The position numbers and the translations under genes are program-made. A DNA stretch of 64,000 nt from assembly GCF_963506605.1 (NCBI RefSeq), contig NC_083292.1, positions 15,128,001-15,192,000 on the forward strand. Direction: 5' to 3'. Below the pieces are notes generated by a model that did no database searches, had not been told where the DNA came from, and saw only the letters and a list, made by a program, of their open reading frames with translations. Of this stretch, positions 1-12,130 are shown piece by piece. How positions within the stretch are numbered: position 1 is the stretch's first letter; every line of letters begins with the position of its first letter. Source of the DNA: Zootoca vivipara (Eukaryota).

Positions 1-269
1 TGGCTTTGCTGTATCATACAACCCTCACTGAACTCAGTGGGACTTCCTTTTGAGTAGACAGGTGTTGGGCTGCACTGTTAATCATATGTTGCTGCACACC
101 ACACCCGGAGTCAAGCAAATGCCCACTTTTAAGTATTCTGCATGAAGTCCTCACAATGAAGCCCCATATGGCATGAACATTGTGGCATTCTCCATAGTTC
201 TCATTTCTATGGTTGGTAGCGGAGAGAGGGATATCTCTCAAGTCATCTTTGCTTATCTTGTTTATGCAG

Positions 270-464
270 AGGAGGAGGAGGAGGAAGAAGAAGGCAAGCT
301 AGACCGGCCTCTGGAAGGAGCAGGCTTGCAGCAGCAAGAATCCCACCTCTGCCAGCAGATGAAGATGGCGACGGTGGCCCCCTCGTCCAATCTGATGCCC
401 TGGAAAGTGGAGCTGGAGCCTGTGACCAGCACCAGCGTTGGAGGAGGGCAGGTCTGCGGGCGAG
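270..464 (+). CDS. CABIN1: CABIN1 internal exon (low-complexity region)
   Basis: Acceptor tttatgcag, donor G|gtaagg, phase 1-1. [28 protein letters not shown] resembles the corresponding human CABIN1 segment. Confidence 0.75.
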
Positions 465-2347
465 GTAAGGGATGCCCAATGAAGCCTTTGGGGATCTTGG
501 AGAAGGTGGCTTGGATAGAACAGAGAAGTACAGTATGAAAATATGCGTGGGCACAAGCAGGCAGGAAAGCCTCTCTGAGAACAGAGGGCATTTTGGCAGG
601 TAGGAGGGCAAATTCCTAGGAGCTCTGGCAGAGGAGCATGCAGAAGCCCTTGGCGGTATCTCCAGGCAAGGCGATAGTGAACCAGGTGGACCAAAGGCAG
701 CTTCTCATGTTACTCAAGTGTAGGGTGAACTTTTGGCAATCTGTAGTTTTCAGTGAGTTCCTCTCTTGGGGTGTCCTCCATTGCCACAGAGAAGGGTAGG
801 AGGGTGGTCGCTAAATCTGAAGGTATTGCCCCAGGCAGGAGACTGGAGTGCTGCCAGGACAGGCAGCAGTGGTGGCTCTTCTTCAAGCAGGAGGGTGACC
901 CTCTCCTGGGGGGGGGGGGGGAAGCAGGAAGCTATTTTTCTTCCCAGTCACTTACAGAGCAAAGAGCCCAGGGCTCAAGCCCAGCCTGTTGCTGGTTCTG
1001 CTCTGGTGCAGATGCTCTTTTATTATGACATGCTTGTTTGCTCAAAGACCCTCTTCCGAGTTGACATTTCCTCCTCTCAGCCTCCAGCTCCAAGGCTCAC
1101 CTCTGCTCCGAAACGACACAGCCCTCCGTGGGGAGCAAGGCCGACGCCAGCCGCATCAAGACCCGCATGTTTCCCAGCATGCCCAAGCTCTTCATTCCCT
1201 CGTCCGTCACCAAGTTCCCACCCGAGATCACCGTCACCCCGCCAACCCCAACCCTCCTCTCCCCCAAGGGCAGCATTTCGGAAGAAACCAAGCAGAAGCT
1301 AAAGGTACTTCCCAGGGTTTGGGGCGGGGGTTGTCATTGGGGCCCCAGTCATGCTTTGAATTTGGCAGAGAGAATTTGTGTGTGCAGACTGGGGTGGAAG
1401 TGGAGGAGGCTGTCCAGGCAGCTGCAGACAAGAGTCCTCTGTGCCCTCTTTGCCTCTATCCGCTGCCCCCCTTGGGTTCTCAGGTGGGCTTAAGGGACCC
1501 ATATTCTGTTTGGGGTTTGTAAAACATAAGAAGGGCCTTCAGGTCAAAGAGGGCCCACTTAGTCCAGCCCATAGCTGCCAAGTTCTCCTTTTTTTTAAGG
1601 GAAATTCCCTTATGCTGAATAGGCTTCCTCGCGAGAAAAGGGAAAACTTGGCAGCTATGGTCCAGCCCCCTGTTCTTCTAGAGGCCAGCCAGCTGCCCCA
1701 GAGGAAGCAGGACTTTAGCAATTCCAACACCTCAAGGAGGGCCTCATCCAGGCTTGCTGAGTCCTGACTTCCTAACATTGGAGGGGGGGGGCTCTTTCTG
1801 TTCCCCAGTCAAAGCAAGGTCCATCCTCTGTTTGGTCACAGCGGGAATAAGGAACAAACTGTCTGGCTGAACAGGCAGGCAGAGTTTGAAGGGGGTGGCA
1901 CCTGTGATACCCTTTTGCAAACAGCCTTGGTGGAAGGACTGGGTGGGGGCAGAAAAACTCCCCTCCCTCCCTCCTTTGGCCCGGAGTGTTGCCATGTTAA
2001 TCTAGGCTAACTACCACACCTGGTTAAGAAATTTCCTCCGTAGTCTTCCATCACTTGTATATCACTTGTATTGGAAGCACTGCAGGTTTTCAAGATGATT
2101 AAAGCAAGCTCAGGTGGAGTGGAGGGAAATGCTTTGGTGGGTAGTAGATCTTCAGAATTATTTTTTTTATAAAAAAAAAACCTCTTCCCTTTGTCTGGGC
2201 CAGTCTGCTATCCTTTCAGCCCAGTCTGCGGCGAATGTGAAGAAAGAGACCCTTTGCCAGCCAGCGCTGGAGATTGTAGAAACCTCAAGCCAAGAGTCTT
2301 CGCTGGAGAGCGACTCTGATGAAGAGGATGACTACATGGATGTCTGA
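270..2347 (+). CDS. CABIN1: CABIN1 (calcineurin-binding protein cabin-1), last three recognisable coding exons; gene begins upstream of the window
   Basis: Exons 270-464, 1081-1304, 2204-2347 join in phase. They encode ...[31 protein letters not shown]|[47 protein letters not shown], the CABIN1 C-terminus with the PEITVT calcineurin-docking motif and the MEF2-binding helix. Confidence 0.95.
1081..1304 (+). CDS. CABIN1: CABIN1 penultimate exon
   Basis: ctcctctcag acceptor, AAG|gtactt donor; encodes [28 protein letters not shown]. Confidence 0.95.
1570..1659. mobile_element. 90-bp hAT-type MITE, copy 1
   Basis: TIR CATAGCTGCCAAGTT...AACTTGGCAGCTATG; perfect 8-bp TSD GTCCAGCC. Confidence 0.9.
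2204..2347 (+). CDS. CABIN1: CABIN1 last coding exon
   Basis: cag acceptor at 2201-2203; [12 protein letters not shown]...DDYMDV then TGA. Confidence 0.95.
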   Translation, partial: SAILSAQSAANVKKETLCQPALEIVETSSQESSLESDSDEEDDYMDV

Positions 2348-3129
2348 GGGGTGCTGGGCGGGGGTCTCCGCCCTCCCTTCCCCTCCCCTCCCATCGGCTT
2401 CTCTTTCCAGCATCACAGCCACCAGCTGTTACCACCTTCAGTGCTGCTGCCTCTGCTGTTGGCTGTAACTTACCTGGCAGCCGGAAAGCTCACCACTGTC
2501 ACCCCCAAGCCAAATCTGCACTTAAATCCCTCGGCACCTCCTCACTCATTTCCCTTTCTTTAAATGGACGGCTTTTACAGGAGGCAGCAGCAGCAGCAGC
2601 ATTTGGCTGGCTGGCTAAGCAGGAGAGACTGGACCGGCCACTGCGATGGTCTTGCCTCCTTCGTTACTTTAAGCAAAACCGTGGCTTATTTTATCTCGGT
2701 GTTGTCTTAAAAGGACCAGGCGGGAGAGACAGCTGGCAACCTCACTAGGACTCTGCCTCTTCGGGGACCGTTGGACAAGTGGCGTAAGCCGAGTGGTCAC
2801 AGGGCACCTTTGGTCTTATCAGGAAACGGATTTCAGTACCATTTTGGTAATGTCTGCTTTTTACAGAACGACACAAAGGGTATATGTTTGTTTTTTAAGT
2901 ATATATATATATATATAAATATATGTGGAGGGGTTGCTCACATTTATATGGGGAACATAAAGGAAGCCCGGCATTTTTTTCTACTGAATGTTAATGTTGT
3001 AATATAAGGAATACAAACCCTGCACTTCAATAGTGGGGCGTGTTGTGCCCACAGCATGTGTCACAGAGCTTGCCAGGTGGGGTTTCAATTTCTTGGGCGG
3101 GTGGGGGAGGTTGGAGAAGACAAGGGTTA

Positions 3130-3186
3130 AATAAATGGTGCAGTGCAAAGCTTTGTAATAATAAACATACATTTTTTCTTAATAAA
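3130..3186 (+). terminator. CABIN1 polyadenylation signals
   Basis: Three AATAAA hexamers (3130, 3160, 3181) about 0.8 kb after the stop, followed by a U-rich stretch. Confidence 0.65.
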
Positions 3187-4483
3187 ACGAGAGCACGTTT
3201 CTCCCAAGCCTCTTCTCTGCTGTGCCTGGAATGCTCTTTCACCCTTTCATCCACTTTCCTCTCCCTCCTCCCAGGTCTCTAGAAGAGGCAAAGAAATCTG
3301 AATTTCAGGGGAGAGTGGCCCCCGCCTCAGGGCAACCAGTGAGAGAGCTGAGTTACAGCTGATGCAAGGGACGGTGGAGTAGAGAAGGCCTCTTCCCCTT
3401 CCTCCCTGAGCATGCTGAAGTGGGCTGGGTCACCTCAGGCTCTACTGGGGCTGGAACACTTTTCATCCAGCCACTTGAGCCAAGTAGCAGACTTGGGGCG
3501 CAAGAACAGCCTCCTTTCCTCCTCTCCTGTCAGGGCTGTTTGCTTCCCAACTAGGAAGATTCTTTGGTTCTGTACACACAGCAGGTTGGTGTTTCTCTAC
3601 CTCCCCCCTCCACCATTTCCAATTCCATTGGCACATCGTTGTCCGCATCCGGATGGCTGGATGTGTCTCCAAGTTGCCTGCTGTCCTTACCCAGTGGGCG
3701 GAGCGGGGTCATTGGGTGTCTTCTTCCGTTTTCAAATCGGATAGATGCTGGTTTTAGGGAAGATGCACCCAGGTGCATTAATTCTCAAGAAAGTGGAGAG
3801 GATAGAGGTGGCTTGTAGCTGACACCATATGTAAGCGACTACGCAAACAAGTGTTGGGAGTGCGGTGGATGCAGAGTAAGAGGGACCCAGCTGGCCTGAT
3901 TCCCCACCAGTAGCAGCAGGGTCAGGGAACTGGTACATTTTCGGAGGGGGGAAGGGGTCATTGAGGCAGCTTCACTTTTAAAGACTGTGTGTGGCCTCAG
4001 GGACAAATGAGTGGAGGTCCATTGGTCATGGCAGCTCCTTCCCTTAGGGTGTAGGGTCAGCTCCCCTTTGTCTTGGGGGGCAAGCAGTGAACTTCATTGG
4101 TTCTCTGTTTGGCTGAACATTCACAATATTAGCCTTCAGCTGAATAGAAGCCTTGCAAGGTGCTGGCCATAGGAATGAAGTTTTATGATTTGCAATCCTA
4201 AATCTCATTGAACTGATCCCAGGTTCCATTTAGCCCAAGGCTGCTTGATGGCAGAGGGGAGAGAACAGTTGCCTTGGAGGCTGGTAGTCCAATCCTGTGC
4301 ATGTTTACTCAGAAGAAAATCTCACTATGTTCACTGCAGGTAGCATTAAAGCCTGAGTTACAAGTGAGCACAGGATGTGTAAGCCCAGTATCAATTTCCA
4401 GCTTCTGAAAAGCCAAGTGCTCTGAATCACCTCCTGCACCAGCCTTTGTGTTAATTCCTAATCACCGAGTAAGATCACTAGCT

Positions 4484-4712
4484 CAGGGGTCAGGAAGGTT
4501 TATCTTGCCTGGGCCAGATCGGTCCCGCGGAGATCTCTCTGTAGGCCGGAGTGCATGTGCCTGTGATTCTCGGCACCTGCGCATGCGCAGACATGATTTT
4601 TGGCGCTGCGGAAGCGCCGCACTTGTAGCTCAATTCAGGGGTGGCTCATGGGCCGGTCAAACGACCTCTGCGGGCCGCTTCTGGCCCATGGGCCTTAGGT
4701 TGCTGACCTCTG
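4484..4712. mobile_element. hAT (CAGGGG-terminal) non-autonomous element
   Basis: CAGGGGTCAG...CTGACCTCTG termini, degenerate TSD CACTA; a related 5' end starts near 32151. Confidence 0.65.
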
Positions 4713-6211
4713 CACTATGGTAGCTGTATGTACAGGAAGTGACTTGAGAAAGCTGAACCTGCTGAACTTCTACCTGGCCATGCAGCACTCTATTTCAGGA
4801 CACACATTTGTGGAGTGGGCTTCCACATGCAAGATCATGCAAGCAACCCTCCATTGTCCCTGGATCTCAGGCCACATACCCAGCGGCGGAGCAAGGGGGG
4901 TGCGGTGGAGGCAGATCGCCCCAGGTGTCACCTCTGGAGGGGGTGACAAAATGCTGGGCGGCACTCACTGCGGGGCCTGCAGCACGCCTGAGCCACACAT
5001 CGCTCCTGGGAGAGACACGGTGGCTTTGGCGCGCACAGGCTCTGCACTGCTCAAACGGTCCGCCTGCTGCCTCGCACTCAGCTGTAGGGTGGCTAAATGG
5101 GAGGAGGCAGGCAGACTCCTCGGAGGGTCCTGCCCCGGCTGACCCAAACCCCGCAGGCTGCTGGCCCCGCCCCTGGGTGCCACTCCAGGCGCACGATCGG
5201 CTTGCTCTCCACTGCACATACCTGAACCATCAGGGCATTCGCTCAACCCTCTGAGGTCACTGTCTTGCTTGTCCATCTAGAATCCGATTGTGTCATCTGA
5301 GGCTGCTGTAGGGCCTTTTTTTGTTTTGCAACACACGGTCCTGATTTTCAAAGCAATTTTTTTTGGGGGGTGGGCGTGTTCCATGTATTAGTTTCATGCA
5401 GATTATGAGATTATAGGGATGGATGGCCAGCATTAAGAAAGCATCTTGTGTTTTCCTGCTATTGTAGGGGAGATTAAAGGTGACTTGTTTTAATTCTTCC
5501 ACTTCTTAGATAAAGGCTCCCTCTGCTTGCTCCCAAGGATTTATATGGGCAATTAAGAGGCTGGAGTCTGAAAGGTCTCAATTAGGCAGTGAGGGGAGGG
5601 ATCTCTTTACAAGCACCTCTTAAGAAAACTCCCATTAAAGGGAAGCCAGGCCATCAGCCTCTGCTGCGTCAATAAGTATTGAACAAATTAAAAGCTGTTC
5701 TCCTCCTAGTACCTGCTGCTTGATTTAGTTGCTAGCGTTTAATAAAAGCCCAAGTTGGGAAGTCAAATTCTGGCAGGAAATGGCTGTAAGTGGAAAAGGG
5801 GTAGTGGTCCTTCTCTCGGTCTCCCCTTTTACGCACCCCACTTGTAGTAACTCCCCACCTTTTCTCCTGGGCCAGCCACTGCCTCTCAGCCCTGCCTACC
5901 TTGCAGGATTGTAGGTAAGGGTAAAAAGGAGAGGAAATTCCAGACCATGTATGCCGCCTTGATCTCATTGTGGGGGAAAGCGGGATATAAATGTAGAAAT
6001 AAAACCGGTCAGCTAACTTTCTTAACGAGCAACTTGCAAGCTTCTTACTTGAAGCTGCTTATCTCTAATAATTGCCAAAATATCGTGGGCAAAGGATGAG
6101 ACTCCAGTTAATCAATGGGGCCACACTTAAGCCATATTAGAAAAACTGACCAGACCCCTGAGAGCTGTTTCTGGTAATTAAGACAGATGTGACTTCTATA
6201 TGAAAGACAGA

Positions 6212-6298
6212 ATGACGAAGTGTGCATGCACACGAAAGCTCATACCAAAATAAAAACTTAGTTGGTCTTTAAGGTGCTACTGAAGGAATTTTTTTTAT
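6212..6298 (+). mobile_element. Penelope-like element terminal fragment
   Basis: GAAGTGTGCATGCACACGAAAGCTCATACC...TTAGTTGGTCTTTAAGGTGCTACTG resembles the reptile Penelope-like terminal repeat. Confidence 0.65.
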
Positions 6299-9200
6299 TC
6301 CTGGCATGTGTCAGTGTTGCAGATGGCAGATTGCCCCTGCTACCGCCCACTGGCATTTAGGGAGAGATGTTTGGGGATAGATACCAAATGGCACAATTTA
6401 AGAGGACAGAAGAACCTCTTCCCTCTTATCGCTGTGTATCTTTTTGTTGACCGTAATTGTTGTTCCCTGAACGTCTTCTATTTTCTTGTTCCGTTTTCTG
6501 GAAAACAGGAAAAAAATGTTTTGTGAGAAGGGATGGAGAGCATAATTATTTAGGCGTAAGCTTGTGTATTTTGCACCGGGCTTTGGCTGGCAATATATTG
6601 GGGGTTCTTGGGAAAACAAGGGGGATCTTGACAGACTGAAATCTGACACACCCACACCCTGCTCCATTGCTCGGACATTGGAAGTGGTCCAAGTGGATGG
6701 TCATCTCTGGTTGTGACCATCTGGCAGAGATGTCGTAGAGCTTGGGAGCAAGAACCACGAAGCTCAAACTGGATCTTCTCTGGGCTGCTTGGGAGGAGTC
6801 CATTTGGGGCACCTGGGTGGCCACTGTGAGAACAGGATACTGGACTAGATGAGCCCCCACTCTGGCCGGATCCAGCTGCTGCAGGAGTCTTCTTAGGCTG
6901 CTTTAAAAAAAAAGGATCTCCAAAAAGAAATCCTGAAACATTACAAATGGGCCAGAGGCAGCACCTCCTAGCCAGTTTAATTCTTTCCCTGCCTTCAGGT
7001 GAGATGCAAATCTGCTCCCCCACCCCCCCACCCCAAAATATGTATATGGGTGTGGTTAGCAGGTGCTCAGCCCTGACTGCTGCTTCATCTCCCCTTTTGC
7101 CCCAAAAGAGCATCAAAGCTGCTGGGGGCAGAGTTGTGTAGTGTGAGAGGCCCTCAGCTGCACACTTAATGGCTTGTGTGTGTTTTAAAGGAAGAAGCCG
7201 AAAGTGATTGTAAAACTAAGGAAAGAGAAGAGAGTAAAATGGTCCGTGTTTCTGCCACCACCTCTTTGCATTTCCACTACTTAATGGGATAATAAATTCA
7301 AAGGCAACAAGCCCATTTGTGCTTTAATTGGATGTTCGTGAGTGGTTTTCTCCCCAAAGACCGACGTCCACGTCCATGGCAACAACAAAATTGCTGGCCA
7401 CAATGACAGGGAGGACCCAAATGTTCCCCTCCCCAAGTGCCAAGCAATTTCCCGAGGTCATTCCATGGCATCACATCTTTGGGCCCAGCAGTGTCAGATA
7501 GAGTACCACTCTACATGGAGGCTCAATCTGGCTCAGATCCACAGAAAGGCCTGATCCTTCATTTTAAAACAAAATGAGTTCTTTTCCACCCGCCTGTCTT
7601 TCCCAGATCCACTTCCTTCCTTGGCTGACCAAAGGCGAGGATGGGAAACCCTGGCAGCTGAGAGAGAAGTCAGCAGATAACAGCAAACAGGTGCTAAGGG
7701 GAGACGGGGATTTTTTAAGGGGGAAGGGGACCTTGGGGGCGATGACTCCCTCTCCTAGCATAATTGCACACCAAGAACAGTTGATGGAGAGCATTGGGGG
7801 CAGCCCCTGTCCTCACTGTGTTTGCTGCCATTCCCAGGAGGTTCTCTTGGGCTCTTGGTCAGGAATTGGCTCTGATGTGGCCAAAACTTGACTCAGCGGG
7901 CAGCCCTGGAGTTGATCGTAGGCACTAGAAGTGCCACCCCATCGGTGAAGACATTGCTGCACCAGCGGAACTCCTCACCACCACAGCATGGCCTAGTTCT
8001 CAAGCCCTGCCATTCTGGTCAGAAGTTCACAGCGGTGGCAGGCCCAAGGGCTAAGGTCAGGGGTTTCCCTTCCCTCATTTTGGCCTGCTTTTCCACCTCC
8101 CCTCTGCTCCTGGCAGAGTCTGGGCCGAGGCAAGGGACATGCGCTAGAGACTTGGCCTGGGTGGTTGTCACGCAGAAGATGAGGGATCACCCCACTTCCT
8201 CTGGGGGTGGCTTGAGTGCTGCCTTCATCTGAAACTGAGAAGGATGTTGTGGTGTGAGCCAGCCTACATTGCCAATTTTGCACCGGAGGGGGGCACATTT
8301 TTGGGGTAACACCTTTTCCCATAGTGGGGGATTTGGCGCTCAAGGTGGCCGCAGGTTGAGTTGGCAATTAAAGCTGGTCCATTTTGACCTGAGCTTGACG
8401 CCTTCCATAGATCAGCACCCGGCTGGTCCCTCTGAAAACATGATCCTGGCCTCGGTGGCCTGATCCAGCAGCCACATGTGGTTTCCCCCTGCCAAACTGT
8501 GCCTGCCTGTGGCTCATAAGGTGGTCCTGAAGCAGCCACCTTGCGGACTGGAGCCTTCAGGATCAGGCCAAAGTCTAACCCAGCCTCCGCTTCTCAAGGT
8601 GGGTTTGGGGAGCTGGCCCTGATCCTGCCCCTCTGCCTGCCTGTAGCAGGGCCTGTTTGCTGCCTCTGCATCCACTGGGGAAGGAAGCAAATGTCCAGAA
8701 GGCTTCGTCTGCCCCCCCCCTAGCCTCTCCTCCCAGACCATCCTTCAGCTCTGGCCCCCATGGGACCCCGCCTGGAGGCCCCTCCTGCCCCCTCAATCTC
8801 CCCCCCCCCCCAAGCTATCAACACTTTCCTCTCCTCCCTCGAGAGCTATTCAGATGCTCTTTGAGAGATGCCAATAAACTCTTTGGTGTGAAAGTAAAAT
8901 TGCTGTCCCTTTCTCTCTCTCTCTCCCCCCCCCCTCCATCTTTAGTTGCCACTAATGGAATGGCTTCTGTGGGTCCTGCCTTCCCCACTCAGAACTTTAA
9001 GGACTCTCAGATATATATTTTCTTAACCCCCACCCCATTTAGGCCACTGTGCAGCTCTTGTGTAGGGCTGGGCATTCCCGGGGTGAGTGGGGGTGGCATG
9101 TGTCCTGGAGTTTCTCTTGGTGCTCCTGAACGGGACCCTCTGCAGCTCATGAAAGCAGTGGTTCACTGTGGGCAAAGGGGCCACCTCAGCTGGATGATGG

Positions 9201-11440
9201 ACTTTGCCTGCTGAGATCCAGGTTCGAATCCCCCCTACCCCTTGGCTGCAAAGTTGGGGGTGCGGCCTGGGCCCATGGCACTTGCCAAAACCCAAAAGGA
9301 GTGGTGGGGACGAGAAGGAAAGCCGAGTTTGTTCTGTGGAGGAAGTGGTGTGTGTGTGTGGAATGTGAGGATTTGGCCACAGCCCATGCTGTGTGGGGGC
9401 TGGAGTAGGGGGGGGGGCTGGTGTGCCTGCCATGGCTCCCTCCCCAGAGTGGTCAAGGGAGCTGGAGCTGCTCAAAGAGGAAAAGGAAAACAGACAGAAA
9501 AGAGAGATATAACCATCTAGCCCTGCAGCTTTCCGGGGGGGCTGGGGGGTTCTGGCTGATGCGTCCCTTCGCACTGGGAAGGGGGCAGTGAAGGTGGCAA
9601 AGCAGACTTGACCTTCCTCTTGGTCCTAAGGCTTAACGCCAAAACCTCTGAGAAGCTTCTTTAGTGATACACTTCTTTAGTGTATCAAGAAGTGGGTGCT
9701 GAGCCCAGCTGCATTTTGCTCCGCTTTATTTCTCTCTCTCTCCCACTGCCCCCAGCCCAGAAGCAGAAGCTAAATCAGGGTTTCCCAAACTTACCCTGGG
9801 CCTACAGCTGTTTTTGGACTACAGTCCCCATCACCCCTGACCCCCCCGGGTCCTGCCAGCCAGAGATGATGGGAGTTGTAGCCTAACAACAGGGGGGAAA
9901 CCCAAGTTTGAGCTAAATGAAAGGCATGCAGTTAAAGAGCGCAGGGATCCTGGGCACATTGACTTGTGAGTAAGTTCTCCCCAGTGTTCTACGCAGAGGA
10001 GACCAATGGAGAAGAATAGCCGTGATTAACAGGGGTGATTAATCTTGGCAAAACCTGCGTACAAACCTGGTTGCGTACAAACCTGCTGGTTTCTGTTAGG
10101 CTTACTTACAAGTAAACATGCCTCGGATCTCTAGTCAGAGGATGGCCTGGACAGCAATGAAAGGAGGCGCTGCAACTGCCTGTGGAGCCCTTTGAAAGAG
10201 CACTTGCCTTTGCATTTTCCTCTCCTGGGGATGTCAAGTGGCTGTGAAGCATTTTGCATCTTCCTTCCATGCTGCTAACTAACCAGGAAGGAGTGGGGGG
10301 GGGGGTTTGAGGTGGAGAAAAATAAGTCTTCCTCTTGTTTTGCAAGAATAGGAGTCCCCTTGAGCAGCCCACCCCCCCCACCCCTTCCAGATTCTGGATA
10401 GGACCCCTACCCCACCTCCACCCTCCTCCTTCCTTGCCTCCCAGTTGTTATTTATTAATTTGATTTATATTCTGCTCCCAGGGCAGTGTACCACATTTAG
10501 AACACATTTTACAGAGCATCAGTAATCGAAACCTGATAAAAAGCGTAACAGGCAGGATCATACCAAATCAATCATAATAACAGTACCCCCTGTTTAGATT
10601 TGTCTTCTGCAAGACCCGGAACAAACGGGGGAGTGGGGGCGGGCGGGTAGGATTCTGCCTTGGAGCAGCATACTTGGGCTGTGGGCACATTGCTGTCTTA
10701 AAAACGCAGCTAGTTGTTATTTTTCTCCATTTGGATCAAAACTAGTTTGGCAGCGGCCGGGGGCGGGGGGCGACCAGATGAAAAGGCAGCATTCCCAAGA
10801 ATAGTGCCGGGCTGTGGTTGTGGCACAAGGGGCTATTGGGACGGGTCCACAATGATGTGCAGCCAGTGCGCCAGTGCGCCTGGCGGTTAACCAGAAGATT
10901 GGTGTTTGGAGCCCAAGCATGGATGGTTGTGGGGGGCAAGAGACCTGCGTTGTAGGGGGCTGGATTCTACCATTCTATGAACTGGTACTTGGCAATGCAG
11001 CCAGTTCTGGGGAGGAGCTTGGCTCAGCAATGTCAACGAGAACTGTTTGCGCTATGGAAAACAGAAGTGGGTGAGGACGCATGAGAAGAAGGGAGGGGAA
11101 CTTCTGGCTTCTGACCCCGCTTGGCCGCTGGGCTTCAGCGAGACGGGAAGCCCTGGGCCAGCCAGCCACTCTCAGGGTGAAGCTCTGCTTTAGCTGGGGG
11201 CAGTCAGTGCGCCAAGAGGGGACCCATTTGCCTCTAGTGTAAGGAAGAGGGGTCCCTTGGTGTGCCTGGCCCCCTGGCACTTCCTGCTGCTTGGCTGGTC
11301 TAAGTGGGCATTAACAGTCCAGGAAGGGGGCTATTCCTTCTCCTGGTGGGGTTTCCTGTATCTCAAAGCCATGTTAATTCACTGGGCTTCTACCCTCTCC
11401 ACTCTCCAGCCATTGCAGGGTAGCAGCAGATATTTCCTCT

Positions 11441-11631
11441 CTTTGTTCCTGCTGGACATCAAAGGTTGTTGGGGGGGGGGGGAGAGAGAGACAGGGCTGG
11501 CTCCTCCCCACTTGTTAAACCTTCATAAGCCGGGAACTCACCTTGGCTAGAAGCTGAGTTGAGTCTTTCCTCCTTTGGCCTCTCTGTTGTGTGTTTGGAT
11601 CTGGACTCCTGCGACTATCCTCACACATCTC
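11441..11631 (+). promoter_or_regulatory. Candidate Tbx16 promoter with TCF/LEF and T-box-like motifs
   Basis: CTTTGTT 11441-11447, ACATCAAAGG 11456-11465 and TCACACAT 11621-11628 lie just upstream of the first ATG. Confidence 0.45.
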
Positions 11632-11657
11632 TCTGGCTCCTTCCAGCACCTGGGAAG

Positions 11658-11673
11658 ATGCAGGCTGGACCAG
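11658..11673 (+). CDS. tbx16: Tbx16 candidate first coding micro-exon (MQAGP-D)
   Basis: aagATG CAG GCT GGA CCA G|gtagg; phase 1 matches exon 2; similar in length to the short N-termini of tbx16/Apod. Confidence 0.65.
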
Positions 11674-12077
11674 GTAGGTGCTGACCCTTCCTGGATTTCT
11701 TAACCCCCCCCCGGGGGGGGGAAGCTGTGCCCTCCTGGCTTGCTAGGTTAGTCGTGCTGTCTTTCTGGACAGTAGGCACAGACCAAAGCCCCAAGAGAGC
11801 CAGGCTGCGCTCTTGTATTGATTGCCTCTCCTGGATTGGGACCCGAGTGTGTTTATTATCTCGAGAAGCGTGGGCAGCCTGCTGTCTCCATGCTCCCCAC
11901 ACAGGCTGTGGGGCAGGACTGCATTGAGGAAAACATGATTTCAAGGAAATATCAACCATCTGACTTTCTGAAGGCAGCCCTGTTCAGGGAAGTTCTTCAT
12001 GTTTGATGTCGTATTCTGTTTTAATTTGTTGGAAGCTGCCCAGAGTGGCTGGGGAAACCCAGTCAGATGGGCGGCAT

Positions 12078-12130
<53 letters not shown>

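Noticed and set aside
5880-6005. Strong donor AGGTAAGG suggesting an upstream tbx16 exon
   Set aside because: Lies within what looks like a decayed retroposon tail ending in AATAAA, and the associated ORF stops at the junction.
9170-9240. tRNA-like GGTTCGAATCC motif (also in SINE heads)
   Set aside because: No complete cloverleaf; consistent with a decayed SINE head.
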